This document shows, in pieces, positions 12,029-26,747 of a stretch of 64,000 nucleotides of DNA. The first letter of the stretch is position 1. Every line of letters starts with the position of its first letter. The stretch is from Octopus vulgaris (Eukaryota): assembly GCA_951406725.2 (NCBI GenBank), contig OX597820.1:6386001-6450000 (forward strand), written 5' to 3'. The translations under genes were made by a program, and so were the position numbers. Below the pieces are notes generated by a model. It was not told the origin of the DNA, ran no database searches, and saw nothing but the letters and a program-made list of their open reading frames with translations.

Positions 12029-12784
12029 TATATTTTTCTTTACTTTTTTCTTTATCACTCAGAAAGTATTGAGTCCTTCTTTAAGAAGTTATTAAACCTC
12101 TTAAGAACGATCCTCAATGGATTTCTCACATTCGTTAGAGGCGAGGAAAAACCTGTTTCACGCTCAGGACTCAATACAATCTCACATCATCGTGATGTTG
12201 TTAATCCGCTCAATAGAATCGGATACCGATTTGGTAGGTAGGTAGATAGATAGATAGATAGATAATGTTTCAACGATACTATTAAGATTCCGCTTCTATT
12301 GTATGTCACCTGATTACGTTTCTCTAGAAATATGATAATTATTCAGCGAGCGTGATATATTAATGGCGTAGTGATTTCCAACGCGGCAACTTAGTGCCTT
12401 CTTTAATGATATGATCTTACAGTTATATGTATGTGTGTGTATGAATATGTGAAATGATACATAGTACTGTGTGGAACGTGTCTCATTTCATTAGTTTTGT
12501 TGTTTCATTGTAAATAGGACACCGTCTCGTAAATACAGCAGAATAATTTCGTTAATTTTGAAATACTTGTTTCTTAATTATAAATGTTTAATAAGTAAGA
12601 CCTAGATCTCTCTCTCTCTCTCTTTCTCTCTTTTTCTCTCTCTCTCCATCTCACTCTTTCTATATCTCTCCCTCCTCTTCGTTCCTCTCTATCTATTTAT
12701 CTCTCCGTCTATGAATCTAGCAATGCAAATGCACTCGCATATTTGTACACATATATGGATATGTATATACATACGTGTGTGTGC

Positions 12785-12860
<76 letters not shown>

Positions 12861-13465
12861 ATGTATGCATGTATATGTACGTATATATATATTTGCACAA
12901 ATATATGTATATTTACATACCCTCCTTCGTCCACTATATATATATATATATATATATCATTTACATTAGAACACATTAAGAGGCTTCCAAATAGGAAAGC
13001 CTTATGCTAGAAAGAGCAGTAGAAAACTCAAGCTAGGCCACTGGTAATAATAATTTCTATAATTCTTATTACCTTAATATTATTTATTATGTTTATATAT
13101 ATATATATATATATATACATACACTCACACACATACATATACTTATGCACACATGCACACACACATATAATGTTTGCTCATATGCCAGTTTATATATAAA
13201 GGCACAATGATATCAAACTGAAAAAGTACGTCATGAAGCACATCATGATTTATTTGTGGGTTAACAAGGCAACCAATGGTTTCATGTGAAGACATCTTCG
13301 CAATTGTTCAAATCATAACACTTGGTAATCGTCGCTTTGTTAATCCATGAATAGAGAATATTTATCCATCAAAGCGCAGTTGAGTGCGATATGTGCGTGT
13401 CTTTGTGTGACCAACCATATATTTTTAGGCACGAGATATTTCAAAGTTTCTTAGATATTGATTTG

Positions 13466-13542
13466 GAAAGGATGAAAGGCGAAGTCGACCTCGGCAGAAT
13501 TTGAACATAGAACGTAAGAACGGACGAAATGCTGCACAAGGC
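13466..13542 (-). mobile_element. SINE A fragment
   Basis: GAAAGGATGAAAGGCGAAGTCGACCTCGGCAGAATTTGAAC matches family A. Confidence 0.7.
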
Positions 13543-14001
13543 AGACAAGATGTTAGAGCACCGGAGGTTGGATATAGTAACTTTTAAGGGGGACAAACGA
13601 AAGTGACTAATACTCGACGTGGCAGTGCCAGGAGATCTATATATTATCATGAAGGAAAAAGATTGATAAATATGGAGAGGTGAGAATTGAGGTCGCCAAG
13701 ATGGGGCAGCTACGAGGATCAAACGTAATGCTTGTTCCCGTTGTCGTCGGTTCATTGGGCTCAATGCCACCCAAGCTGAAAAGACATCTGGAAACTTTAG
13801 AAATACCTTATGATCTGCGTGTATTACAAAAAAGCAGCATTGCTTGGAACTGCACGCATACTGCGTAAAGTACTGTCTGTCTGAGGTCCTCGTGGTGACT
13901 TGACAGACAGTACAAGCGCCGGTAGACACAGTATCTTCATTCGATATCATCACGATATTGGATAATGTGCGACGTCTTAAATAACAACAACAACAACAAC
14001 A
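13543..14001 (+). mobile_element. R4/Dong-like LINE 3' end, restriction-like endonuclease domain (pseudo)
   Basis: DKMLEHRRLDIV..LILDVAVPGD..KE/KIDKYGEVRIEVAKM..VPVVVGSLG..LQK/ALLGTARILRKVLSV*, with a (CAA)n tail. Confidence 0.8.
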
Positions 14002-14287
14002 ATACATTTTCACTCCGAAACTAATATTGCAACTGTCGACCAATGTACATATCGTGCACATTTAATGTATCTAGGTACATGTTTAGGTGTAAAACAAGCG
14101 TTTATGTGTGTGTGTGTGTGTGTGTGTAAAGAGTGATGGGAAGATAGAAAGAAAGGTAGATAGAGATAAACTGATAGGTAGATAAACAGACAACCAGATA
14201 GAGAGATACATATACAGATAAAGAGAGTGGGAGGGAGAGAGAGAAAAGAGAAGTACAAAGTTATTTCCTGTGTGAAAGTGTATATTC

Positions 14288-14341
<54 letters not shown>

Positions 14342-14389
14342 GTATATATATGTATGTATATATATATGTACATATATATGTATATATAT

Positions 14390-14436
<47 letters not shown>

Positions 14437-14483
14437 CATACATATATATACATATATATATACATACATATATACATACATAT

Positions 14484-14539
<56 letters not shown>

Positions 14540-14871
14540 CATATTGCCAGATATAATGATTCGCTGCACGTGCGAGATAGATGGCGGTGGTGAAGCCTTT
14601 AGTAAAATGATTTTACACTTGTCAATAATTATGTTTCCATGAGTATGTGACATGTTGTTTAGTAGAATTGGGTGAGGTGTGAGTCTTCTCAGATGATTGT
14701 GTTGTGGTTTTATTGGAAATAGGTCAGCTGCTGATAAATAAAAGCAAAGTTGTTTAATTTTGAATTGATATATTTGTTCTTAATTATAAAAGCTAAGAAC
14801 TTAAGCGTCGAATCTATCTTTCTATCTTTCATTCTGTCTGTCTGTCTATTTATTGTACTCTATATTTATCG

Positions 14872-14925
<54 letters not shown>

Positions 14926-15047
14926 GTATGTGTGTGTGTGTGTATACATGTATGCATGTGTATATATATATATGTGTGTATACATGTGGACTTGTGTGTG
15001 TGTGTGTATATATATATATATCTGTGTATGTATATATATATATATAT

Positions 15048-15095
<48 letters not shown>

Positions 15096-15188
15096 GCACA
15101 CATGTATATACACATATATATATACTCACATTAAACACAGAGAAACACACACTATACACATATATAGATAGCTAGATAGATGTTCATA

Positions 15189-15412
15189 CACCAATCCCTC
15201 GCCATATCGCTGTCACCTATCGCGGTCACCTATCGCGGTATATCATTTAAGCTTACGTCGATTCCTTAGTGGTGTTGTTTGCATTTGTAAGAAAATAAAT
15301 ATATACAAATTATAAAAATAATAAAAAATATCTGTACAGTACGGTACTGTTTCTACTTCGCGGATTTTCACCTATCGCGGGAAAAGTTTGGAGCGAAGTC
15401 GAGGGATTATCG
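15189..15412. mobile_element. Tigger/pogo-like (Tc1-mariner) MITE
   Basis: TIR-like ends AATCCCTCG...CGAGGGATT with TA flanks and internal CACCTATCGCGG repeats. Confidence 0.55.
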
Positions 15413-15503
15413 TATATATATCTACATGCGTACATCAATATACAGATATACATATATATATGTGTGCGTGTGTGTGTATGTGCATGTATGTATCCATATG
15501 TAT

Positions 15504-15555
<52 letters not shown>

Positions 15556-16177
15556 TTGTTTATGTATGTATATGTATATATATATATATGTATATATATG
15601 CGTGTCCGCATACATACACATGCACACACACACTCACACACATATATACTATTTTGATGTACATCTATATGTATATATACTTGCACAACGCCCGCGTTCG
15701 CACACACACACACACCAGCATAGATGCGCACTTATTAGGTCTCTTAGTTGTATTAGTACCTGTCTTCCATTGTAGCATGCAAGAATTTCGACAGAGCCAC
15801 GTTGATTGGACTTTGCTTGTAGTTATTAATGTAAAGAGGTGCAGAATGGCAACGCATAACTCTTTCATAATCCGTAGCCGTGGCAAGAGATATTAACTAA
15901 TTTCCAATTTGCGATGTAACGTGAAATGACGTCTTTTAGTTTGCTGTTGGTGTCGCCTCAACTACCTTGTGAGATTTCTTCGATGAACTAAAATGCCACC
16001 CTTTGAACTGTAACCGAGATGGAAGTCTTGACCACCTTAGATTAAATTTAAGTTTTGCTGAATATACTTCGAGGGAGAAGTCCTACATATTTTTGTAAGT
16101 GTTTAGAAGAGTGCATGTGTTTGTGTACACGCATTGTGAATGACGGTCTGTTATACAACTGTATGTATGTAAGTATG

Positions 16178-16227
<50 letters not shown>

Positions 16228-16228
<1 letters not shown>

Positions 16229-16415
16229 ATACACAAATACGAGAGAGAATCCACTATGTGGACGCTCTTACGCGTAAGAGCGTCCACATAGTGAATTCTT
16301 TCTCATATTTGTGTATTAAAATTTACTGAATCTCAGTTTTTTATTGCGCTAAACCAGTGGTGTTAAATTGATGCTATTAAATTAATATCCAATTTTTTCA
16401 CCCTTATTTTTATTT
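16228..16415. mobile_element. PLE-like insert with a loop-less 90-bp palindrome
   Basis: Perfect 42-bp palindrome at 16252-16293, extending to 16228-16317 with 3 mismatches. Lies between (TA)n tracts. Confidence 0.65.
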
Positions 16416-16425
16416 TATATATATA

Positions 16426-16499
<74 letters not shown>

Positions 16500-16501
<2 letters not shown>

Positions 16502-16820
16502 CATATACAAAATAAGAAAATGGAGAAATACATCCAAATCAAATATCAATTACCAGATAATACCCAATCACATACTTTATTAAACCACCACATAAGAAAC
16601 TTTAAGGTCAAACATAATAATGTAGAACAAAACAGTGTACATAAAGGAGTGTGCACAAAGGAGTAATGTTATACAATAAGTACAGTATGTATAAGAGAAT
16701 ATAAATATGAGTAAATATAAATATAAATATAGACTACATCTTACAGCTGTTTCGGCCATGCAGATAAGTATGTCTCATTTTACTTATATTAGCCATTTAT
16801 GGTAGGTCAATATCTCAATT
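16500..16820 (-). mobile_element. Penelope-like pseudo-LTR remnant
   Basis: Minus strand GGCCGAAACAGCTGTAAG (GAAAC-palindrome-GTA) followed by an AT-rich tail next to (TA)n. Confidence 0.45.
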
Positions 16821-17779
16821 TGTATATATACATATATATATTCTTTTATTGTTTTATAGCTCCACATAGATTATCATCATCTAGTCTGATTCCAGTATGG
16901 TGGTTTGGCTACTACTTTTCGTTGTAGTGTTACTGGTCATGAAAGCCAGTAAATGTTAGAGAAATTACGATAAACACTAGTTTAGATCATTTGTTCCTAT
17001 GCACGTTTAACCGTTGTGCTAGTTTGTAACTGTACATTGGATGTTCCAAGAGCATGGGGATGCTTAAGCACAGCATTTCAAGCGAAGAACACCTTATTGT
17101 ATTATGTTGTGAAGAACTAAACTTAGACGCGACTTACCGCTCGGCAGACTCACGACTTTCATATAGAGATGCAGCGGAAAACTGACCGAAAATTCCCTCA
17201 TCTCACCATGCGACTGTCCTCAAGCGATTTTTGAGACAATGGCCAGAGAATATACAGCTTGCGACAATTTTTTTGTGTTCTTCATAATGTACACTTTTGA
17301 AAATCAGCACATACGGTCCATATATGCTTACAATTTTCTCCCTTAACTTTTTATTCCATAATTTGTCTCTGAAAATGTTACTTTTTTCTTTGTAGCACCC
17401 AATCATCGATGCCAGCCGTTTTCTTGCTCAATGTAGTTGCAATCATTACATCCTATTCAGTGAGATTCTTTTTCACATCTTTATATCGCAGTTCCGAGCA
17501 ACCCTTTTGACGACTTCTGAATTTCAGTTTGATGTAGATAGAGTATAGCTTTATAACCTGGTATCTGCCAAGGATCATGTATTTCCCACACCCCATCACA
17601 ATTTCGATAAAGTCAACGAAATATTGAATGTCACAACATCTTAGAACTATTCTATATAGGCGTGACCAACCAATTTCAACTTATTGAAAAAAGAAACCAC
17701 GTCATATTCATATACAAAATACCAGTTGGTGTTCTTAGAAGATATTCCTCATCTCAAAAATATAGAAGAATTATAATAT

Positions 17780-18468
17780 GATTGATTGATTGATTGATTC
17801 TAGTTTCAGCTCATGAGCTGTGGCCATGCTGGGGCACCGCCATTTGGTGTTGCTACTTGGTTTTACTTCACGAAAGCTTTTTAGCAACTGCCATTTGGTG
17901 CATGAGAGAGTTCGATGCAGCTGCCCTCATCTGCACCTCCTGCCGTGAAGTTGGTTCATCTGGGACACCTGACAGGAAGAGATCCAGTTCCATTTTAAAG
18001 ACATCTGCATCCACCCCATGCAGGTCTCTCAGGTTCTTCGGGAGGATATTGAAGAGCTGTAGGCCACGGAAGCCCAGGCTATCACAGTATCTTGTCCTAC
18101 ATCTTGATGGCAAATTTGGAGTCCTAGGCACAACGCAGTGGCGCCCAGTTCTGGCATTTGTGTAACTCTCGATGCCAAAGTTTGGGACACGTCCCTCCAG
18201 GATCTTCCAGATGTATATTATGGCATATCTTTCCCGCCTACGCTCCAAGGAATATAGTTTTAATCTCTTGAGTCTTTCCCAGTAGCTTACATTCTGCTTT
18301 TCTGCATAGAGGCTATCTTCTTCGTGTAGCTACGCTGGATCGCCTCGAGCTCTGTGATCAACTTGACACTGGATGGTGACCATAACTGAGAATAATAGTC
18401 AAAGTGGCTTAGGACAAGTGTCCTCCAGAGGACTTCATGGTTTCTTGTTCTCTTGTTCTAAAGGTTCT
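17780..18468 (-). mobile_element. 5'-truncated CR1-group LINE (RT C-terminus plus 3' tail)
   Basis: LWRTLVLSHFDYYSQLWSP..LEAIQRSYTKKI..YWERLKRLKLYSLERRRERY..FNILPKNLR..VPDEP. Tail GGCGGTGCCCCAGCATGGCCACAGCTCATGAGCTGAAAC plus (AATC)n. Confidence 0.9.
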
Positions 18469-19404
18469 GATATATAAACAAATAAAATTAATCGTCACAT
18501 CAAAGTGATTGATTCTTCTTATTTCTGTGGCAGACTTCATTCTTTGCCGCTTTCACCTGTGATGAAGATGTTTGAGTCAGTACCAACTAAACAAAGACTT
18601 ACCACAGCATTTTCTTCAGTTTGTAGTGGAAACGCTGGACAGGTTTTCTAACGTAGTCTCAATATCTAAAAGCTGTTGTTTCCATAAAAATAGATATCAC
18701 TTGTGCGAGTATCTGTTGCTTCTGTCAAATATTTCTTCTCTTCTCGAACGCAACTGCTTATTGTCATTGTGGGCAGATCAAGGCGTATAACTCTTGTAAT
18801 GCTCACAATGTTTGTACAACAGATTTATTTACCACACTTATGGTTCCATATGTTACAGACATTACATATTGCTAAATATAGGAAACTAAGCGACAAATGA
18901 TGCCAACACCTGCTTGGCAGCAGGAAATAAGGCAGAATTGTCAGGAGACGCAGAATTTCGAAGAAAATATTTAAAAGAAAACATAAACGTAGATTTTTTT
19001 AAAACAAAACAAAAAATAAATAATAAATAAATAAAGAAAAATTAAAAATTCAGAAAAGTCTTGTCATAATCAATCAAAGAGAAGGAAGGAAAGTGAGATG
19101 ATATTGGCAGTGACAATGGTGATCAAAAAAGACAGAACCCTAACCAAAGACGAATGGCCAGCAGCCATTATGAAAACATATTTTCTTTCTTTTTTTTTGT
19201 TATATTTTAGTTTTGTTCTGTTTTTGTTTTGTGCAGTTTTTCTTCTGCAAAAAAAAAAATATTTCAAACGATCAGAGTGCATTGCAACAGAATTTAGGAA
19301 ATTGCTGTTCCACTTATTCTCTCTTCTGTGTCAAAATAAATATGATAGCTGCAGAAGATAGATATGTGTGAATGCGCATCTGTTTATACCGTCATAGCTG
19401 ACCA

Positions 19405-19804
19405 TCCACCCACCTACCTACCTACCTACCTACCTACCTACCTACCTACCTACCCTACCTACCTACCTACCTACCTACTTACCTACCTACATTCCTACCT
19501 ACCTGCCTACCTACCTACCTACCTACCTGCCTGCCTGCCTGCCTGCCTACCTACCTACCTACCTACCTACCTACCTACCTACCTACCTACCTACCTACCT
19601 ACCTACCTACTTACCTACCTACCTACCTACCTACCTACCTACCTGCCTGCCTGCCTACACCTACCTACCTACCTACCTACCTACCTACCTACCTACTTAC
19701 TTACCTACCTACCTACCTACCTACCTACCTACCTACCTACTTACTTACCTACCTACCTTCCTACCTACCTACCTACCTACATACCTACCTACCTACCTAC
19801 CTAC
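19405..19804. repeat. (CCTA)n tetranucleotide microsatellite, ~400 bp
   Basis: Direct inspection. Confidence 0.95.
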
Positions 19805-19831
19805 ATAGATACATAGATATGTATATATATG

Positions 19832-20060
19832 TTTCTTTATTAGCCACGAGGGGCTAAACACAGAGGTGACAAACAAGGACAGACAAAGGTATTAACTCGA
19901 TTACATCGACCCCAGTGCGTAACTGATACTTAATTTATAGGACCCGGAAGGATGAAAGGCAAAGTCGACCTCGGCGGAATTTGAACTCAGAACGTAACGG
20001 CAGACGAAATACAGCTACGCATTTCGCCCGGCGTCCTAACGGTTCTGCCAGCTCGCCGCC
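19832..20060 (-). mobile_element. SINE A, full length
   Basis: Head GGCGGCGAGCTGGCAGAA, B-box, Nin/Deu-like core and 3' tail all present. Confidence 0.9.
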
Positions 20061-20317
20061 TTATATATCAGATAAAATGTCCCTCCCGAACTATAGGTTC
20101 GTAGGATCGGCTTTTTCTCCGGATTGTCTGGTGTACGTATCCTCTATCCAGACGGTGTGGTGAGGGGGAATATATACGCCACAGAATCGCTTTGACTGGA
20201 TTGTAGCAATGTTATGTGAAATCTTTTGCTCAATAGAAAACAAACTGCTCTGTCCAGGAACCGAAACCAACTTACGGTTTTGAGTGCAACACTGAGTCAC
20301 TGAACCAAGCGCCTCTA

Positions 20318-20595
<278 letters not shown>

Positions 20596-21225
20596 GTGTG
20601 TGTGTGTGTAGACGTACAGATATAAATATATGAATATATTCATAAATACATACATATGTGTAATACATGCATTCATGCACGCACACACATGCACAGACGC
20701 ATACACATATAATTTCAATCATTGAGCTACAGCCATGCTGGAGCAAATTTTCCATGTTTTATTGTCACCCTTCTCAATCCTGTACTCATAGTACCTCCAT
20801 TATACTGGATAATGTTTTTAGAAATAACTGGATTGCCATGGCTAGGTTGTCTTTGATCATATGATCTACTGCATCACAACTGACATGGGTTTAATTCCAA
20901 CAACCTCAATAACTAATCTGGTTTCCGTCTGTCTTCTTTATTTCACAAAATCCAGTTGGAAATTTGTTGCCAAATGTCAAGACGCCATCGTTCCTGTTAC
21001 GGTTGTTTCCCCCGGAAAAAGTTTACGAATCATTATTCTTAAGACATAATTGCAGGCATTTCCTTGTTAATTGGCTCTCTTATAATTATATCGTCAAGTT
21101 AGTCGCTTAAATTCATTCTTCATTCAGCGTTGGACTTCAAAGAACAAAATAAACTCCGGAATATATTTTGTTCCGTGAATATAATTTTATTTTTTCTCTC
21201 GCTAAGTCACATAACTTGTTAAGTG

Positions 21226-21270
<45 letters not shown>

Positions 21271-21273
<3 letters not shown>

Positions 21274-21526
21274 TTCAGCAAAATTTAGATTCAAATGAAT
21301 ATGCTATTTAAGTCAGATGCGCCAGAATTTTGTACGGTGTTATCCATATAAATCCGTGGGGTGATTATAATCAAAGTAAGCAACAAGAATATCTTTGGTA
21401 ATTTGGTACGATCGTTTCATGCTACATCATTTTATTAAACATTACAATACTTACAATGTTTGATAAAATGATGTAGCATGAAACGATCGTACCAAATTTC
21501 CGAAGATATTATTGTTGCTTACTTTG

Positions 21527-21530
<4 letters not shown>
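21271..21530. mobile_element. Fold-back PLE-like insert with 75-bp arms
   Basis: Arms 21369-21443 and 21455-21529, containing GAAAC GATC GTA. (TA)n on both sides. Confidence 0.65.
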
Positions 21531-21588
<58 letters not shown>

Positions 21589-22319
21589 CTTTCGCCATGA
21601 TAGATCGCTAGCCACTACCCATTCTTTATTCTCTCTCCTTGTTTCTTTATGCGTTCTTGCATGTTGACAAACACACACACACACACACAGACACACACAT
21701 GTTGGTGCAAATGCATGTAAATAAATACAGATAAATGGAGGACATTTGGAGATAAGGTCATGCTACAAATTGCTGTAAAGACATACAAAATACGCCTTTT
21801 GTACCGACGCAATAGAACTTTGCCAGTGAAAGCCATTGCAAATGTCACATCGTTCCTGTTATGTTCATGATTATTCTAGAGCATAAATGCAGCTTAACGA
21901 ATTTCTTAGAGAATCGTCAAGGTTAGCTGTTTATTTACAAATCCTAGCATAAAACCAAATCGTGTACGGAAGCTGGAGCAATATCCCGGACAGAAATACA
22001 TTTAATATGTTATATAAGACATGATTTGTAGAAGAGGGGGAAGTCAGAGACAAACAAGTATGAAAGAAAGAAAGATATCGTAAGTGAGAGGAGGAGGAGG
22101 GAGGACAAATCGCTAAAATCAACCATAGAAAGGGAAACTAATGAAGAGATGTGAAATATATATTTACTAATGACAGAAAAATCCTTTTCGGTCAAACTAC
22201 AAAATATTTGTTCATAGAAACATCATAAAAAAAAAAAAATTATGTCCATAAGTTAATTTCCAATTCTGATTTCAGCGGCCTCTTCGGAGATCGATGTGCT
22301 CTTTCATTTCACTATTTTG

Positions 22320-22352
<33 letters not shown>

Positions 22353-22452
22353 GGGTGTATGAAAATTGAGTTTAAATTATCATTGTAATTGGTGTTATTC
22401 TCATACCATCGGGTACTTATCAAAGTTGCCTATATCTATCTTTCTTTCCTTC

Positions 22453-22501
<49 letters not shown>

Positions 22502-22502
22502 C

Positions 22503-22703
22503 TTTTATTCTTTTACTTGTTTCAGTCATTTGAGCACTGCCTGTCGTCGAACAAATCGACCCCAGGACTTATTCTTTGTAAGCCTATTCTATCGTCTCTC
22601 TTGCTGAACCGCTAGGTTATGGGGACGTAAATACACCAGCATCGGTTGTCAAACGATGGTGGGGTGACAAACACAGATACAAACAAACACATATAAACAC
22701 ATA

Positions 22704-22781
<78 letters not shown>

Positions 22782-22955
22782 AAAATTATATATATACGAC
22801 AGACTTCTTTCACTTTCCGTCTACCAAATCCACTCACAAGGCTTTGGTAGGCCGGAGGCTTTAGTAGAAGACACTTGCGCTAAGGTGCCACGCAGTGGGA
22901 CTGCACCCCAAACTATGTGACTGGGAAGCAAGCTAATTACCACACAGCCACACCT
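22503..22955 (-). mobile_element. SINE B, near full length with internal microsatellite
   Basis: Matches the family B head, CORE-like domain and tail. Confidence 0.85.
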
Positions 22956-23025
22956 AAACGCACATGCATACCTAATAATTAATAAGGGTGGCTTGTTTGA
23001 AATTTTACATATATATACATACACA

Positions 23026-23058
<33 letters not shown>

Positions 23059-23064
23059 TGTGCA

Positions 23065-23275
23065 TAGTCAATCCAAACATGAACAAGCAAGAAAAAACAA
23101 TAACGTGAGGACGTGGTACAAGTGCTGTGCTATTGGACGCTCAAGAAAGGAAAGAAAAGAAAGTGAATTTTACGTTTCGAGTAGATACTCTTCATCAGAA
23201 ATATAGAAAAAGTCCAAAGAAGGGAAGACGGAGAAAGAAAATCGCCAACGATACACACGCGGTCACATACTGAAA
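23065..23275 (-). mobile_element. Hammerhead-like mini-element, subfamily H2
   Basis: Homologous to 32690-32905 and 35570-35755. Confidence 0.7.
23167..23202 (-). ncRNA. Candidate minimal type I hammerhead ribozyme (PLE-type)
   Basis: auuu CUGAUGA A GAGU aucu ACUC GAAAC GUA aaau: canonical core, 4-bp stems I and II, palindromic ACGU stem III, GUA triplet. Confidence 0.6.
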
Positions 23276-23827
23276 TATATATATATATGCGTGTGTGTGT
23301 GTGTGCGTGTGTGTTTTTATGTTCAGCCTCAATAAAAACAATTTTATATTAATCCCGCATATTCCATATATTTACTCGTTTTCACTTTTACTCTTTTATA
23401 TGTTTCAGTCATCTGACTGTGACCACGCTGGAGCCCCGCCTGTTCGTTGAACAAATCATCCCCAGAACGTATTGTTTGTGACGCTTGTACTTTATCTGTT
23501 TTTCGAGTAGAATTTATTTTTCTTAAACAACAATATTGACAGCGATTTCGAAGTGCTGGCAAGTTAAGCCATCGTTAAACGAAGGCCTAGGCGTTACTGT
23601 CTATATTGTTCTTGTTTAAAAAGAATGAATACACACACACACACATACACATTTAAATATATATTTATATATGGTCACACATATGCACCAACAACCACAC
23701 ACGCACAGGCGCACCTACACTAAAATATTATAAATACATATATATATATATATATATATCCACAAAATGATATCGGGATAAGAAAAAATTAAATAGATGA
23801 ATCAGAGAATCACTTCATACACACACA

Positions 23828-23886
<59 letters not shown>

Positions 23887-23895
23887 TTATATATA

Positions 23896-23935
<40 letters not shown>

Positions 23936-24037
23936 ATATATATATATATATATTGTTGTGTGTATATATATATATATATTTTTTTTATATATATATTTAT
24001 ATATATATATATATGTATATATATGTGTGTATATATA

Positions 24038-24068
<31 letters not shown>

Positions 24069-24086
24069 TGTGTGTGTGTATATATA

Positions 24087-24157
<71 letters not shown>

Positions 24158-24460
24158 TATAATATTGTATAAGATTTATCTAAGACAAACAGTGGACTTT
24201 ATTTACGTTTATCGTTAAAATGATATCACACAGCATTAATTAAAAATAAAATAACAAACAATCGTACAAAGAAATATTTGGTGCGGAATAAAATGGAGAA
24301 AATATAAAGGCGAGGAATTAGCTTCTGATATTTCCGGGTTAGTTGAAGGAGTATACGAACACTGTCATATTGCGTATCCAAATATCTCCTGCGCACACAC
24401 ACACATGCGCACATTCATGCACACACACACGCATATATTAATGCACAGCACGTACATGTC

Positions 24461-24492
<32 letters not shown>

Positions 24493-24557
24493 CATACATA
24501 CACACATATATATATATATATATATACATACATACATATATATATATATACATACAT

Positions 24558-24600
<43 letters not shown>

Positions 24601-24623
24601 CATACATATATATATACATACAT

Positions 24624-24670
<47 letters not shown>

Positions 24671-24995
24671 CATACATACATACATATATATATATATACA
24701 CATACATACATATATATATATATATACACATACATACATACATATATATATATATACACACATACATACATACATATATATATATATATACATACACATA
24801 CATACATACATATATATATATATATACACACATACATACATACATACATATATATATATATACACATACATACATATATATATATATATATACATACATA
24901 CATACATATATATACATACATACATACATATATATATATATACATACATACATACATATATATATATATACATACATATATACATACATACATAT

Positions 24996-25034
<39 letters not shown>

Positions 25035-25453
25035 CATACATATATACATACATTCATATATACATACATACATATATACATACATACATATATATATATA
25101 TACATACATATATACATATATATTTATATATATATATATATATATGACCACAAATACGAACTAAAATATTGAAACATCAAAATAAGCAACTAAGATTTTA
25201 TTTCCTAAAAAAATAACAATAACAATAATATTAATAACTACAACAACAACAAGAACAATAATAGCAATGAGAGAAATGATGATAATGATGAAGATGACGA
25301 TGATGACGACAATGATGATGATGATGATGATGATGATGATAACAAGGGTAATATTAGAACAGCCGTATACTTTATAGAATTCCCTGAAGATTTGACGATT
25401 CGAAGATCTGAAGAGATCTAAAACATTGCAGAGAAGAAGAAACAGCGATATAT

Positions 25454-25537
<84 letters not shown>

Positions 25538-26747
25538 GGGAGGGGATAGAAAGGGTGAAGGAGTGAATGAGGGAGATGAGGGAGAGAGAGGGAAAGAAAG
25601 TGAAAGGAACATAGATACAAAAGAAGAGAGAGAGGGGGAGAGAGAGAGAGGGGGGATAGAAAGGGTGAAGGAGTGAATGAGGGAGATGGGAGAGAGAGAG
25701 AGGGAGAAAGGGAGATAGATACAAAGGGAGAGAGGAGAAGGGAGAGAAAGAGATGGAGACGAGGAGAGAGAGAGAGAGAGAGAGCGTGTTAGGTGGAGTT
25801 TTATCACAAACAAATATTGACAATCCTTCATTTCCCGATTGCAGTGCACCGTGACCACCCGGAAGGAATAAATATGAGGAACATCAGCAGATTCTCTCTG
25901 TCTCTCTTTCTCTTTATAAATGTATAGGGGTATACGGACACACATACACACACACACACACACATACATACATACATACATACATACATACATACATACA
26001 TACATACATACATACATACATACATACATACATACATACATACATACATACATACATACATACATACATACATACATACATACATACATACATACATACA
26101 TACATACATACATACATACATACAAACATACATACATACATACATACATACATACATACGTACATACATACATACATACATACGTATATACATAAATGTG
26201 TATACATTCATAAACATTTGCATACGTAAACGCACCCATATAAATATATACAATATAATGTTTAAGTGTGTGTATACGGGTAAATGTATGTTTGTGTTTG
26301 TGTGTGTAAATATATATACATATACTATATACATGTATATGTGTGTGTATATGCATGTATATATATGCATACATATATTTATATGTCCATACACACAATC
26401 ACTTATATATGAATTGTCTTATACATACATACATATACGCATGTAAACACGCACATTTATATACGGGTGTTGTGTTGCGTCTTTGTGCGTATCTGTGCTT
26501 GTGTATAGAGCTGCATGTATTAAATGCATTTCTATTGAACACATATTCAACAGCCTCGAACGTGGAAAAACTTTCGCTGCTGTAACTTTCTCTGAAGACC
26601 AATTCTACATTCTGAGAAAAAAGCGTGGAAGTGCGTCAGGCTGGACTATGTATGACGTCAGCGGATTGCAGCACGGGACTTTCTGCGTCGTTATACTTTT
26701 ATAAGTCACAAACACAGAATGGGCCGTTCGTAGCCGAGTAAGTATTT

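Noticed and set aside
18530-18960. Possible Rex1/Babar-like LINE remnant
   Set aside because: Similarity too weak to support by eye.
25541-25688. Local ~38-bp direct duplication in a GA tract (similar cases at 49151-49290 and 56206-56291)
   Set aside because: Ordinary slippage duplication next to microsatellites.
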